Below, in pieces: positions 12,501 to 26,699 of a stretch of 64,000 nt of DNA (position 1 is its first letter; each line of letters starts with the position of its first letter). The position numbers and the translations under genes were made by a program. This DNA is from the human T2T-CHM13v2.0 reference genome, Homo sapiens: assembly GCF_009914755.1 (NCBI RefSeq), contig NC_060925.1; one strand, written 5' to 3'. The notes under the pieces are model-generated. The model made no database searches. It was not told where the DNA came from and saw nothing but the letters and a program-made list of their open reading frames with translations.

Positions 12501-15500
12501 AGACAGAATGATTCTCAGAAACTCCTTTGTGATGTGTGCGTTCAACTCACAGAGTTTAACTTTTCTTTTCATAGAGCAGTTAGGAAACACTCTGTTTGTA
12601 AAGTCTGCAAGTGGATATTCAGACCTCTTTGAGACCTTCTTTGGAAACGGGATTTCTTCATATTCTGCTAGACAGAAGAATTCTCAGTAACTTCCTTGTG
12701 TTGTGTGTATTCAACTCACAGAGTTGAACGATCCTTTACACAGAGCAGACTTGAAACACTCTTTTAGTGGAATTTGCAAGTGGATTTCAGCCGCTTTGAG
12801 GTCAATGGTAGAATAGGAAATATCTTCCTATAGAAACTAGACAGAATGATTCTCAGAAACTCCTTTGTGATGTGTGCGTTCAACTCACAGAGTTTAACCT
12901 TTCTTTTCATAGAGCAGTTAGGAAACACTCTGTTTGTAAAGTCTGCAAGTGGATATTCAGACCTCTTTGAGGCCTTCGTTGGAAACGGGATTTCTTCATA
13001 TTCTGCTAGACAGAAGAATTCTCAGTAACTTCCTTGTGTTGTGTGTATTCAACTCACAGAGTTGAACGATCCTTTACACAGAGCAGACTTGAAACACTCT
13101 TTTTGTGGAATTTGCAAGTGGAGATTTCAGCCGCTTTGAGGTCAATAGTAGAAAAGGAAATATCTTCGTAGAAAAACTAGGCAGAATGATTCTCAGAAAC
13201 TCCTTTGTGATGTGTGTGTTCAACTCACAGAGTTTAACCTTTCTTTTCATAGAGCAGTTAGTAAACACTCTGTTTATAAAGTCTGCAAGTGGATATTCAG
13301 ACCCCTTTGAGGCCTTCGTTGGAAACGGGATTTCTTCATATTATGCTAGACAGAAGAATTCTCAGTAACTTCCTTGTGTTGTGTGTATTCAACTGACAGA
13401 GTTGAACTTTCATTTAGAGAGAGCAGATTTGAAACACTCTATTTGTGCAATTTGCAAGTGTAGATTTCAAGCGCTTTAAGGTCAATGGCAGAAAAGGAAA
13501 TATCTTCGTTTTAAAACTAGACAGAATCATTCCCACAAACTGCGTTGTGATGTGTTCGTTCAACTCACAGAGTTTAACCTTTCTGTTCATAGAGCAGTTA
13601 GGAAACACTCTGTTTGTAAAGTCTGTAAGTGGATATTCTGACATCTTGTGGCCTTCGTTGGAAACGGGATTTCTTCATATTCTGCTAGACAGAAGAATTC
13701 TCAGTAACTTCCTTGTGTTGTGTGTATTCAACTCACAGAGTTGAACGATCCTTTACACAGAGCAGACTTGAAACACTCTTTTTGTGGAATTTGCAAGTGG
13801 AGATTTCAGCCGCTTTGAGGTCAATGGTAGAAAAGGAAACTATCTTCATATAAAGACTAGACAGAATGATTCTCATAAACTCCTTTGTGATGTGTGCGTT
13901 CAACTCACAAAGTTTAACTTTTCTTTTCATAGAGCAGTTAGGAAACACTCTGTTTGTAAAGTCTGCAAGTGGATATTCAGACCTCTTTGAGGCCTTCGTT
14001 GGAAACGGGATTTCTTCATATTATGCTAGACAGAATAATTCTCAGTAACTTCCTTGTGTTGTGTGTATTCAACTCACAGAGTTGAACGATCCTTTACACA
14101 GAGCAGACTTGAAACATTCTTTTTGTGGAATTTGCAACTGGAGATTTCAGCCGCTTTGAGGTCAATGGTAGAATAGGAAATATCTTCATATAGAAACTAG
14201 ACAGAACGATTCTCAGAAACTCCTTTGTGATGTGTGCGTTCAACTCACAGAGTTTAACTTTTCTTTTCATAGAGCCGTTAGGAAACACTCTGTTTGTAAA
14301 GTCTGCAAGTGGATATTCAGACCTCTTTGAGGCCTTCGTTAGAAACGGGATTTCTTCCTATTCTGCTAGACAGAAGAATTCTCAGTAACTTCCTTGTGTT
14401 GTGTGTATTCAACTCACAGAGTTGAACGATCCTTTACACAGAGCAGACTTGAAACACTCTTTTTGTGGAATTTGCAAGTGGAGATTTCAGCCGCTTTGAG
14501 GTCAATAGTAGAAAAGGAAATATCTTCGTAGAAAAACTAGACAGAATGATTCTCAGAAACTCCTTTGTGATGTGTGTGTTCAACTCACAGAGTTTAACCT
14601 TTCTTTTCATAGAGCAGTTAGTAAACACTCTGTTTATAAAGTCTGCAAGTGGATATTCAGACCCCTTTGAGGCCTTCGTTGGAAACGGGATTTCTTCATA
14701 TTATGCTAGACAGAAGAATTCTCAGTAACTTCCTTGTGTTGTGTGTATTCAACTGACAGAGTTGAACTTTCATTTAGAGAGAGCAGATTTGAAACACTGT
14801 TTTTGTGGAATTTGCAAGTGGAGATTTCAAGCGCTTTGGGGCCAAAGGCAGAAAAGGAAATATCTTCGTATAAAAACTAGACAGAATCATTCTCAGAAAC
14901 TGCTGCGTGATGTGGGCGTTCAACTCTCAGAGTTTAACTTTTCTTTTCATTCAGCGGTTTGGAAACACTCTGTTTGTAAAGTCTGCACGTGGATATTTTG
15001 ACCACTTAGAGGCCTTCGTTGGAAACGGGTTTTTTTCATGTAAGGCTAGACAGAAGAATTCCCAGTAACTTCCTTGTGTTGTGTGCATTCAACTCACAGA
15101 GTTGAACGTTCCCTTAGACAGAGCAGATTTGAAACACTCTATTTGTGCAATTTGCAAGTGTAGATTTCAAGCGCTTTAAGGTCAACGGCAGAAAAGGAAA
15201 TATCTTCGTTTCAAAACTAGACAGAATCATTCCCACAAACTGCGTTGTGATGTGTTCGTTCAACTCACAGAGTTTTACCTTTCTGTTCATAGAGCAGTTA
15301 GGAAACACTCTGTTTGTAAAGTCTGCAAGTGGATATTCAGACCTCCTAGAGGCCTTCGTTGGAAACGGGATTTCTTCATATTCTGCTAGACAGAAGAATT
15401 CTCAGTAACTTCCTTGTGTTGTGTGTATTCAACTCACAGAGTTGAACGATCCTTTACACAGAGCAGACTTGAAACACTCTTTTTGTGGAATTTGCAAGTG

Positions 15501-15774
15501 GAGATTTCAGCCGCTTTGAGGTCAATGGTAGAAAAGGAAATATCTTCGTATAAAGACTAGACAGAATGATTCTCAGAAACTCCTTTGTGATGTGTGCGTT
15601 CAACTCACAGAGTTTAACTTTTCTTTTCATAGAGCAGTTAGGAAACACTCTGTTTGTAAAGTCTGCAAGTGGATATTCAGACCTCTTTGAGACCTTCTTT
15701 GGAAACGGGATTTCTTCATATTCTGCTAGACAGAAGAATTCTCAGTAACTTCCTTGTGTTGTGTGTATTCAACT
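9600..15774 (+). repeat. Near-exact tandem duplication, period 3058 bp (18 monomers)
   Basis: Private variants are paired at +3058: TTTTAGTGG 9708/12766, GAGACCTTCTTTGG 12631/15689 and A/B fusion 10362/13420. ORF starts 11683/14741 and 10387/13445 have identical translations. Confidence 0.93.
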
Positions 15775-18479
15775 GACAGAGTTGAACTTTCATTTAGAGA
15801 GAGCAGATTTGAAACCCTGTTTTGTGGAATTTGCAAGTGGAGATTTCAAGCGCTTTGGGGCCAAAGGCAGAAAAGGAAATATCTTCGTATAAAAACTAGA
15901 CAGAATCATTCTCAGAAACTGCTGCGTGATGTGTGCGTTCAACTCTCAGAGTTTAACTTTTCTTTTCATTCAGCGGTTTGGAAACACTCTGTTTGTAAAG
16001 TCTGCACGTGGAAATTTTGACCACTTAGAGGCCTTCGTTGGAAACGGGTTTTTTTCATGTAAGGCTAGACAGAAGAATTCCCAGTAACTTCCTTGTGTTG
16101 TGTGCATTCAACTCACAGAGTTGAACGTTCCCTTAGACAGAGCAGATTTGAAACACTCTATTTGTGCAATTTGCAAGTGTAGTTTTCAAGCTCTTTAAGG
16201 TCAACGGCAGAAAAGGAAATATCTTGGTTTCAAAACTAGACAGAATCATTCCCACAAACTGCGTTGTGATGTGTTCGTTCAACTCACAGAGTTTAACCTT
16301 TCTGTTCATAGAGCAGTTAGGAAACACTCTGTTTGTAAAGTCTGTAAGTGGATATTCTGACATTTTGTGGCCTTCGTTGGAAACGGGATTTCTTCATATT
16401 CTGCTAGACAGAAGAATTCTCAGTAACTTCCTTGTGTTGTGTGTATTCAACTCACAGAGTTGAACGATCCTTTACACAGAGCAGACTTGAAACATTCTTT
16501 TTGTGGAATTTGCAAGTGGAGATTTCAGCCGCTTTGAGGTCAATGGTAGAATAGGAAATATCTTCCTATAGAAACTAGACAGAACGATTCTCAGAAACTC
16601 CTTTGTGATGTGTGCGTTCAACTCACAGAGTTTAACCTTTCTTTTCATAGAGCAGTTAGGAAACACTCTGTTTGAAAAGTCTGCAAGTGGATATTCAGAC
16701 CTCTTTGAGGCCTTCGTTGGAAACGGGATTTCTTCATATTCTGCTAGACAGAAGAATTCTCAGTAACTTCCTTGTGTTGTGTGTATTCAACTCACAGAGT
16801 TGAACGATCCTTTACACAGAGCAGACTTGAAACACTCTTTTTGTGGAATTTGCAAGTGGAGATTTCAGCCGCTTTGAGGTCAATAGTAGAAAAGGAAATA
16901 TCTTCGGAGAAAAACTAGACAGAATGATTCTCAGAAACTCCTTTGTGATGTGTGGGTTCAACTCACAGAGTTTAACCTTTCTTTTTCATAGAGCAGTTAG
17001 GAAACACTCTGTTTGTAAAGTCTGCAAGTGGATATTCAGACCTCGTTGAGGCCTTCGTTGGAAACGGGATTTCTTCATATTCTGCTAGACAGAAGAATTC
17101 TCAGTAACTTCCTTGTGTTGTGTTTATTCAACTCACAGAGCTGAATGATCCTTTACACAGAGCAGACTTGAAACACTCTTTTTGTGGAATTTGCAAGTGG
17201 AGATTTCAGCCGCTTTGCGGTCAATGGTAGAAAAGTAAATATCTTCGTATAAAGACTAGACAGAATGATTCTCAGAAACTCCTTTGTGATGTGTGCGTTC
17301 AACTCACAGAGTTTAACCTTTCTGTTCATAGAGCTGTTAGGAAACACTCTGTTTGTAAAGTCTGCAAGTGGATATTCAGACCTCCTTGAGGCCTTCGTTG
17401 GAAACGGGATTTCTTCATATTCTGCTAGACAGAAGAATTCTCAGTTACTTCCTTGTGTTGTGTGTATTCAACTCACAGAGTTGAACGATCCTTTACACAG
17501 AGCAGACTTGAAACACTCTTTTTGTGGAATTTGCAAGTGGAGATTTCAGCCGCTTTGAGGTCAATGGTAGAAAAGGAAATATCTTCGTATAAAGAATAGA
17601 TAGAATGATTCTCAGAAACTCCTTTGTGATGTGTGCGTTCAACTCACAGAGTTTCACTTTTCTTTTCATAGAGCAGTTAGGAAACACTCTGTTTGTAAAG
17701 TCTGCAAGTGGATATTCAGACCTCTTTGAGGCCTTCGGTGGAAACGGGATTTCTTCATATTATGCTAGACAGAAGAATTCTCAGTAACTTCCTTGAGTTG
17801 TGTGTATTCAACTCACAGAGTTGAAAGATCCTTTACAGAGAGCAGGCTTGAAACACTCTTTTTGTCGAATTTGCAAGTGGAGATTTCAGCCGCTTTGAGG
17901 TCAATGGTAGAATAGGAAATATCTTCTTATAGAAACTAGACAGAATGATTCTCATGAACTCCTTTGTGATGTGTGCGTTCAACTCACAGAGTTTAACCTT
18001 TCTTTTCATAGAGCAGTTAGGAAACACTCTGTTTGTAAAGTCTGCAAGTGGATATTCAGACCTCCTTGAGGCCTTCGTTGGAAACGGGATTTCTTCATAT
18101 TCTGCTAGACAGAAGAATTCTCAGTAACTTCCTTGTGTTGTGTTTATTCAACTCACAGAGTTGAATGATCCTTTACACAGAGCAGACTTGAAACACTCTT
18201 TTTGTGGAAATTGCAAGTGGAGATTTCAGCCGCTTTGAGGTCAATGGTAGAAAAGTAAATATCTTCGTATAAAGACTAGACAGAATGATTCTCAGAAACT
18301 CCTTTGTGATGTGTGTGTTCAACTCACAGAGTTTAACCTTTCTTTTCATAGAGCAGTTAGTAAACACTCTGTTTATAAAGTCTGCAAGTGGATATTCAGG
18401 CCCCTTTGAGGCCTTCGTTAGAAACGGGATTTCTTCATATTATGCTAGACAGAAGAATTCTCAGTAACTTCCTTGTGTT

Positions 18480-21400
18480 GTGTGTATTCAACTGACAGAG
18501 TTGAACTTTCATTTAGAGAGAGCAGATTTGAAACACTGTTTTTGTGGAATTTGCAAGTGGAGATTTCAAGTGCTTTGGGGCCAAAGGCAGAAAAGGAAAT
18601 ATCTTCGTATAAAAACTAGACAGAATCATTCTCAGAAACTGCTGCGTGATGTGTGCGTTCAACTCTCAGAGTTTAACTTTTCTTTTCATTCAGCGGTTTG
18701 GAAACACTCTGTTTGTAAAGTTTGCACGTGGATATTTTGACCACTTAGAGGCCTTCGTTGGAAACGGGTTTTTTTCATGTAAGGCTAGACAGAAGAATTC
18801 CCAGTAACTTCCTTGTGTTGTGTGCATTCAACTCACAGAGTTGAACGTTCCCTTAGACAGAGCAGATTTGAAACAGCCTATTTGTGCAATTTGCAAGTGT
18901 AGATTTCATGCGCTTTAAGGTCAACGGCAGAAAAGGAAATATCTTCGTTTCAAAACTAGACAGAATCATTCCCACAAACTGCGTTGTGATGTGTTCGTTC
19001 AACTCACAGAGTTTAACCTTTCTGTTCATAGAGCAGTTAGGAAACACTCTGTTTGTAAAGTCTGTAAGTGGATATTCTGACATCTTGTGGCCTTCGTTGG
19101 AAACGGGATTTCTTCATATTCTGCTAGACAGAAGAATTCTCAGTAACTTCCTTGTGTTGTGTGTATTCAACTCACAGAGTTGAACGATCCTTTACACAGA
19201 GCAGACTTGAAACACTCTTTTTGTGGAATTTGCAAGTGGAGATTTCAGCCGCTTTGAGGTCAATGGTAGAAAAGGAAACTATCTTCATATAAAGACTAGA
19301 CAGAATGATTCTCAGAAAATCTTTTGTGATGTGTGCGTTCAACTCACAGAGTTTAACTTTTCTTCTCATAGAGCAGTTAGGAAACACTCTGTTTGTAAAG
19401 TCTGCAAGTGGATATTCAGACCTCTTTGAGGCCTTCGTTGGAAACGGGATTTCTTCATATTATGCTAGACAGAATAATTCTCAGTAACTTCCTTGTGTTG
19501 TGTGTATTCAACTCACAGAGTTGAAGGATCCTTTACAGAGAGCAGGCTTGAAACACTCTTTTTGTCGAATTTGCAAGTGGAGATTTCAGCCGCTTTGAGG
19601 TCAATGGTAGAATAGGAAATATCTTCTTATAGAAACTAGACAGAATGATTCTCATAAACTCCTTTGTGATGTGTGCGTTCAACTCACAGAGTTTAACCTT
19701 TCTTTTCATAGAGCAGTTAGGAAACACTCTGTTTGAAAAGTCTGCAAGTGGATATTCAGACCTCCTTGAGGCCTTCGTTGGAAACGGGATTTCTTCATAT
19801 TCTGCTAGACAGAAGAATTCTCAGTAACTTCCTTGTGTTGTGTTTATTCAACTCACAGAGTTGAATGATCCTTTACACAGAGCAGACTTGAAACACTCTT
19901 TTTGTGGAATTTGCAAGTGGAGATTTCAGCCGCTTTGAGGTCAATGGTAGAAAAGTAAATATCTTCGTATAAAGACTAGACAGAATGATTCTCAGAAACT
20001 CCTTAGTGATGTGTGCGTTCAACTCACAGAGTTTAACCTTTCTGTTCATAGAGCAGTTAGGAAACACTCTGTTTGTAAAGTCTGCAAGTGGATATTCAGA
20101 CCTCCTTGAGGCCTTCGTTGGAAACGGGATTTCTTCATATTCTGCTAGACAGAAGAATTCTCAGTAACTTCCTTGTGTTGTGTGTATTCAACTCACAGAG
20201 TTGAACGATCCTTTACACAGAGCAGACTTGAAACACTCTTTTTGTGGAATTTGCAAGTGGAGATTTCAGCCGCTTTGAGGTCAATAGTAGAAAAGGAAAT
20301 ATCTTCGTAGAAAAACTAGACAGAATGATTCTCAGAAACTCCTTTGTGATGTGTGTGTTCAACTCACAGAGTTTAACCTTTCTTTTCATAGAGCAGTTAG
20401 TAAACACTCTGTTTATAAAGTCTGCAAGTGGATATTCAGACCCCTTTGAGGCCTTCGTTGGAAACGGGATTTCTTCATATTATGCTAGACAGAAGAATTC
20501 TCAGTAACTTCCTTGTGTTGTGTGTATTCAACTGACAGAGTTGAACTTTCATTTAGAGAGAGCAGATTTGAAACACTGTTTTTGTGGAATTTGCAAGTGG
20601 AGATTTCAAGTGCTTTGGGGCCAAAGGCAGAAAAGGAAATATCTTCGTATAAAAACTAGACAGAATCATTCTCAGAAACTGCTGCGTGATGTGTGCGTTC
20701 AACTCTCAGAGTTTAACTTTTCTTTTCATTCAGCGGTTTGGAAACACTCTGTTTCTAAAGTTTGCACGTGGATATTTTGACCACTTAGAGGCCTTCGTTG
20801 GAAACGGGTTTTTTTCATGTAAGGCTAGACAGAAGAATTCCCAGTAACTTCCTTGTGTTGTGTGCATTCAACTCACAGAGTTGAACGTTCCCTTAGACAG
20901 AGCAGATTTGAAACAGCCTATTTGTGCAATTTGCAAGTGTAGATTTCAAGCGCTTTAAGGTCAACGGCAGAAAAGGAAATATCTTCGTTTCAAAACTAGA
21001 CAGAATCATTCCCACAAACTGCGTTGTGATGTGTTCGTTCAACTCACAGAGTTTAACCTTTCTGTTCATAGAGCAGTTAGGAAACACTCTGTTTGTAAAG
21101 TCTGTAAGTGGATATTCTGACATCTTGTGGCCTTCGTTGGAAACGGGATTTCTTCATATTCTGCTAGACAGAAGAATTCTCAGTAACTTCCTTGTGTTGT
21201 GTGTATTCAACTCACAGAGTTGAACGATCCTTTACAGAGAGCAGACTTGAAACACTCTTTTTGTGGAATTTGCAAGTGGAGATTTCAGCCGCTTTGAGGT
21301 CAATGGTAGAAAAGGAAACTATCTTCATATAAAGACTAGACAGAATGATTCTCAGAAAATCTTTTGTGATGTGTGCGTTCAACTCACAGAGTTTAACTTT

Positions 21401-22250
21401 TCTTCTCATAGAGCAGTTAGGAAACACTCTGTTTGTAAAGTCTGCAAGTGGATATTCAGACCTCTTTGAGGCCTTCGTTGGAAACGGGATTTCTTCATAT
21501 TATGCTAGACAGAATAATTCTCAGTAACTTCCTTGTGTTGTGTGTATTCAACTCACAGAGTTGAAGGATCCTTTACAGAGAGCAGGCTTGAAACACTCTT
21601 TTTGTCGAATTTGCAAGTGGAGATTTCAGGCGCTTTGAGGTCAATGGTAGAATAGGAAATATCTTCTTATAGAAACTAGACAGAATGATTCTCATAAACT
21701 CCTTTGTGATGTGTGCGTTCAACTCACAGAGTTTAACCTTTCTGTTCATAGAGCAGTTAGGAAACACTCTGTTTGTAAAGTCTGCAAGTGGATATTCAGA
21801 CCTCCTTGAGGCCTTCGTTGGAAACGGGATTTCTTCATATTCTGCTGGACAGAAGAATTCTCAGTAACTTCCTTGTGTTGTGTTTATTCAACTCACAGAG
21901 TTGAATGATCCTTTACACAGAGCAGACTTGAAACACTCTTTTTGTGGAATTTGCAAGTGGAGATTTCAGCCGCTTTGAGGTCAATGGTAGAAAAGTAAAT
22001 ATCTTCGTATAAAGACTAGACAGAATGATTCTCAGAAACTCCTTTGTGATGTGTGCGTTCAACTCACAGAGTTTAACCTTTCTGTTCATAGAGCAGTTAG
22101 GAAACACTCTGTTTGTAAAGTCTGCAAGTGGATATTCAGACCTCCTTGAGGCCTTCGTTGGAAACGGGATTTCTTCATATTCTGCTAGACAGAAGAATTC
22201 TCAGTAACTTCCTTGTGTTGTGTGTATTCAACTCACAGAGTTGAACGATC
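18480..22250 (+). repeat. Tandem pair of related HOR units, offset 2040 bp (12 monomers)
   Basis: CAAGTGCTTTGG occurs only at 18571 and 20611. AAGTTTGCAC (18722/20762) and AACAGCCTAT (18876/20916) are also shared. Several private SNVs differ between the copies. Confidence 0.75.
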
Positions 22251-25200
22251 CTTTACACAGAGCAGACTTGAAACACTCTTTTTGTGGAATTTGCAAGTGG
22301 AGATTTCAGCCGCTTTGAGGTCAATGGTAGAATAGGAAATATCTTCCTATAGAAACTAGACAGAATGATTCTCAGAAACTCCTTTGTGATGTGTGCGTTC
22401 AACTCACAGAATTTAACCTTTCTTTTCATAGAGCAGTTAGGAAACACTCTGTTTGTAAAGTCTGCAAGTGGATATTCAGACCTCTTTGAGGCCTTCGTTG
22501 GAAACGGGATTTCTTCCTATTCTGCTAGACAGAATAAATCTCAGTAACTTCCTTGTGTTGTGTGTATTCAACTCACAGAGTTGAACGATCCTTTACACAG
22601 AGCAGACTTGAAACACTCTTTTTGTGGAATTTGCAAGTGGAGATTTCAGCCGCTTTGAGGTCAATAGTAGAAAAGGAAATATCTTCGTAGAAAAACTAGA
22701 CAGAATGATTCTCATAAACTCCTTTGTGATGTGTGTGTTCAACTCACAGAGTTTAACCTTTCTTTTCATAGAGCAGTTAGTAAACACTCTGTTTATAAAG
22801 TCTGCAAGTGGATATTCAGACCCCTTTGAGGCCTTCGTTGGAAACGGGATTTCTTCATATTATGCTAGACAGAAGAATTCTCAGTAACTTCCTTGTGTTG
22901 TGTGTATTCAACTGACAGAGTTGAACTTTCATTTAGAGAGAGCAGATTTGAAACACTGTTTTTGTGGAATTTGCAAGTGGAGATTTCAAGCGCTTTGGGG
23001 CCAAAGGCAGAAAAGGAAATATCTTCGTATAAAAACTAGACAGAATCATTCTCAGAAACTGCTGCGTGATGTGTGCGATCAACTCTCAGAGTTTAACTTT
23101 TCTTTTCATTCAGCGGTTTGGAAACACTCTGTTTGTAAAGTCTGCACGTGGATATTTTGACCACCTAGAGGCCTTCGTTGGAAACGGGTTTTCTTCATGT
23201 AAGGCTAGACAGAAGAATTCCCAGTAACTTCCTTGTGTTGTGTGCATTCAACTCACAGAGTTGAACGTTCCCTTAGACAGAGCAGATTTGAAACACTCTA
23301 TTTGTGCAATTTGCAAGTGTAGATTTCAAGCGCTTTAAGGTCAATGGCAGAAAAGGAAATTTCTTCGTTTCAAAACTAGACAGAATCATTCCCACAAACT
23401 GCGTTGTGATGTGTTCGTTCAACTCACAGAGTTTAACCTTTCTGTTCATAGAGCAGTTAGGAAACACTCTGTTTGTAAAGTCTGCAAGTGGATATTCAGA
23501 CCTCCTTGAGGCCTTCGTTGGAAACGGGATTTCTTCATATTCTGCTAGACAGAAGAATTCTCAGTAACTTCCTTGTGTTGTGTGTATTCAACTCACAGAG
23601 TTGAACGATCCTTTACACAGAGCAGACTTGAAACACTCTTTTTGTGGAATTTGCAAGTGGAGATTTCAGCCGCTTTGAGGTCAATGGTAGAAAAGGAAAT
23701 ATCTTCGTATAAAGACTAGACAGAATGATTCTCATAAACTCCTTTGTGATGTGTGCGTTCAACTCACAGAGTTTAACTTTTCTTTTCATAGAGCAGTTAG
23801 GAAACACTCTGTTTGTAAAGTCTGCAAGTGGATATTCAGACCTCTTTGAGGCCTTCGTTGGAAACGGGATTTCTTCATATTCTGCTAGACAGAATAATTC
23901 TCAGTAACTTCCTTGAGTTGTGTGTATTCAACTCACAGAGTTGAACGATCCTTTACACAGAGCAGACTTGAAACATTCTTTTTGTGGAATTTGCAAGTGG
24001 AGATTTCAGCCGCTTTGAGGTCAATGGTAGAATAGGAAATATCTTCCTATAGAAACTAGACAGAACGATTCTCAGAAACTCCTTTGTGATGTGTGCGTTC
24101 AACTCACAGAGTTTAACCTTTCTTTTCATAGAGCAGTTAGGAAACACTCAGTTTGTAAAGTCTGCAAGTGGATATTCAGACCTCTTTGAGGCCTTCGTTG
24201 GAAACGGGTTTTCTTCATATTCTGCTAGACAGAAGAATTCTCAGTAACTTCCTTGTGTTGTGTGTATTCAACTCACAGAGTTGAACGATCCTTTACACAG
24301 AGCAGTCTTGAAACACTCTTTTTGTGGAATTTGCAAGTGGAGATTTCAGCCGCTTTGAGGTCAATAGTAGAAAAGGAAATATCTTCGTAGAAAAACTAGG
24401 CAGAATGATTCTCAGAAACTCCTTTGTGATGTGTGTGTTCAACTCACAGAGTTTAACCTTTCTTTTCATAGAGCAGTTAGTAAACACTCTGTTTATAAAG
24501 TCTGCAAGTGGATATTCAGACCCCTTTGAGGCCTTCGTTGGAAACGGGATTTCTTCATATTATGCTACACAGAAGAATTCTCAGTAACTTCCTTGTGTTG
24601 TGTGTATTCAACTGACAGAGTTGAACTTTCATTTAGAGAGAGCAGATTTGAAACACTGTTTTTGTGGAATTTGCAAGTGGAGATTTCAAGCGCTTTGGGG
24701 CCAAGGGCAGAAAAGGAAATATCTTCGTATAAAAACTAGACAGAATCATTCTCAGAAACTGCTGCGTGATGTGTGCGTTCAACTCTCAGAGTTTAACTTT
24801 TCTTTTCATTCAGCGGTTTGGAAACACTCTGTTTGTAAAGTCTGCACGTGGATATTTTGACCACTTAGAGGCCTTCGTTGGAAACGGGTTTTTTTTCATG
24901 TAAGGCTAGACAGAAGAATTCCCAGTAACTTCCTTGTGTTGTGTGCATTCAACTCACAGAGTTGAACGTTCCCTTAGACAGAGCAGATTTGAAACACTCT
25001 ATTTGTGCAATTTGCAAGTGTAGATTTCAAGCGCTTTAAGGTCAACGGCAGAAAAGGAAATATCTTCGTTTCAAAACTAGACAGAATCATTCCCACAAAC
25101 TGCGTTGTGATGTGTTCGTTCAACTCACAGAGTTTAACCTTTCTGTTCATAGAGCAGTTAGGAAACACTCTGTTTGTAAAGTCTGTAAGTGGATATTCTG

Positions 25201-26699
25201 ACATCTTGTGGCCTTCGTTGGAAACGGGATTTCTTCATATTCTGCTAGACAGAAGAATTCTCAGTAACTTCCTTGGGTTGTGTGTATTCAACTCACCGAG
25301 TTGAAGGATCCTTTACAGAGAGCAGGCTTGAAACACTCTTTTTGTCGAATTTGCAAGTGGAGATTTCAGCCGCTTTGAGGTCAATGGTAGAATAGGAAAT
25401 ATCTTCATATAAAGACTAGACAGAATGATTCTCAGAAAATCTTTTGTGATGTGTGCGTTCAACTCACAGAGTTTAACCTTTCTTTTCATAGAGCAGTTAG
25501 GAAACACTCTGTTTGTAAAGTCTGCAAGTGGATATTCAGACCTCCTTGAGGCCTTCGTTGGAAAAGGGATTTCTTCATATTCTGCTAGACAGAAGAATTC
25601 TCAGTAACTTCCTTGTGTTGTGTTTATTCAACTCACAGAGTTGAAAGATCCTTTACACAGAGCAGACTTGAAACACTCTTTTTGTGGAATTTGCAAGTGG
25701 AGATTTCAGCCGCTTTGAGGTCAATGGTAGAAAAGGAAACTATCTTCATATAAAGACTAGACAGAATGATTCTCAGAAAATCTTTTGTGATGTGTGCGTT
25801 CAACTCACAGAGTTTAACTTTTCTTCTCATAGAGCAGTTAGGAAACACTCTGTTTGTAAAGTCTGCAAGTGGATATTCAGACCTCTTTGAGGCCTTCGTT
25901 GGAAACGGGATTTCTTCATATTATGCTAGACAGAATAATTCTCAGTAACTTCCTTGTGTTGTGTGTATTCAACTCACAGAGTTGAAGGATCCTTTACAGA
26001 GAGCAGGCTTGAAACACTCATTTTGTCGAATTTGCAAGTGGAGATTTCAGCCGCTTTGAGGTCAATGGTAGAATAGGAAATATCTTCTTATAGAAATTAG
26101 ACAGAATGATTCTCATAAACTCCTTTGTGATGTGTGCGTTCAACTCACAGAGTTTAACCTTTCTTTTCATAGAGCAGTTAGGAAACACTCTGTTTGTAAA
26201 GTCTGCAAGTGGATATTCAGACCTCCTTGAGGCCTTCGTTGGAAACGGGATTTCTTCATATTCTGCTAGACAGAAGAATTCTCAGTAACTTCCTTGTGTT
26301 GTGTATATTCAACTCACAGAGTTGAATGATCGTTTACACAGAGCAGACTTGAAACACTCTTTTTGTGTAATTTGCAAGTGGAGATTTCAGCCGCTTTGAG
26401 GTCAATGGTAGAAAAGTAAATATCTTCGTATAAAGACTAGACAGAATGATTCTCAGAAACTCCTTTGTGGTGTGTGCGTTCAACTCACAGAGTTTAACCT
26501 TTCTGTTCATAGAGCAGTTAGGAAACACTCTGTTTGTAAAGTCTGCAAGTGGATATTCAGACCTCCTTGAGGCCTTCGTTGGAAACGGGATTTCTTCATA
26601 TTCTGCTAGACAGAAGAATTCTCAGTAACTTCCTTGTGTTGTGTGTATTCAACTCACAGAGTTGAACGATCCTTTACACAGAGCAGACTTGAAACACTC

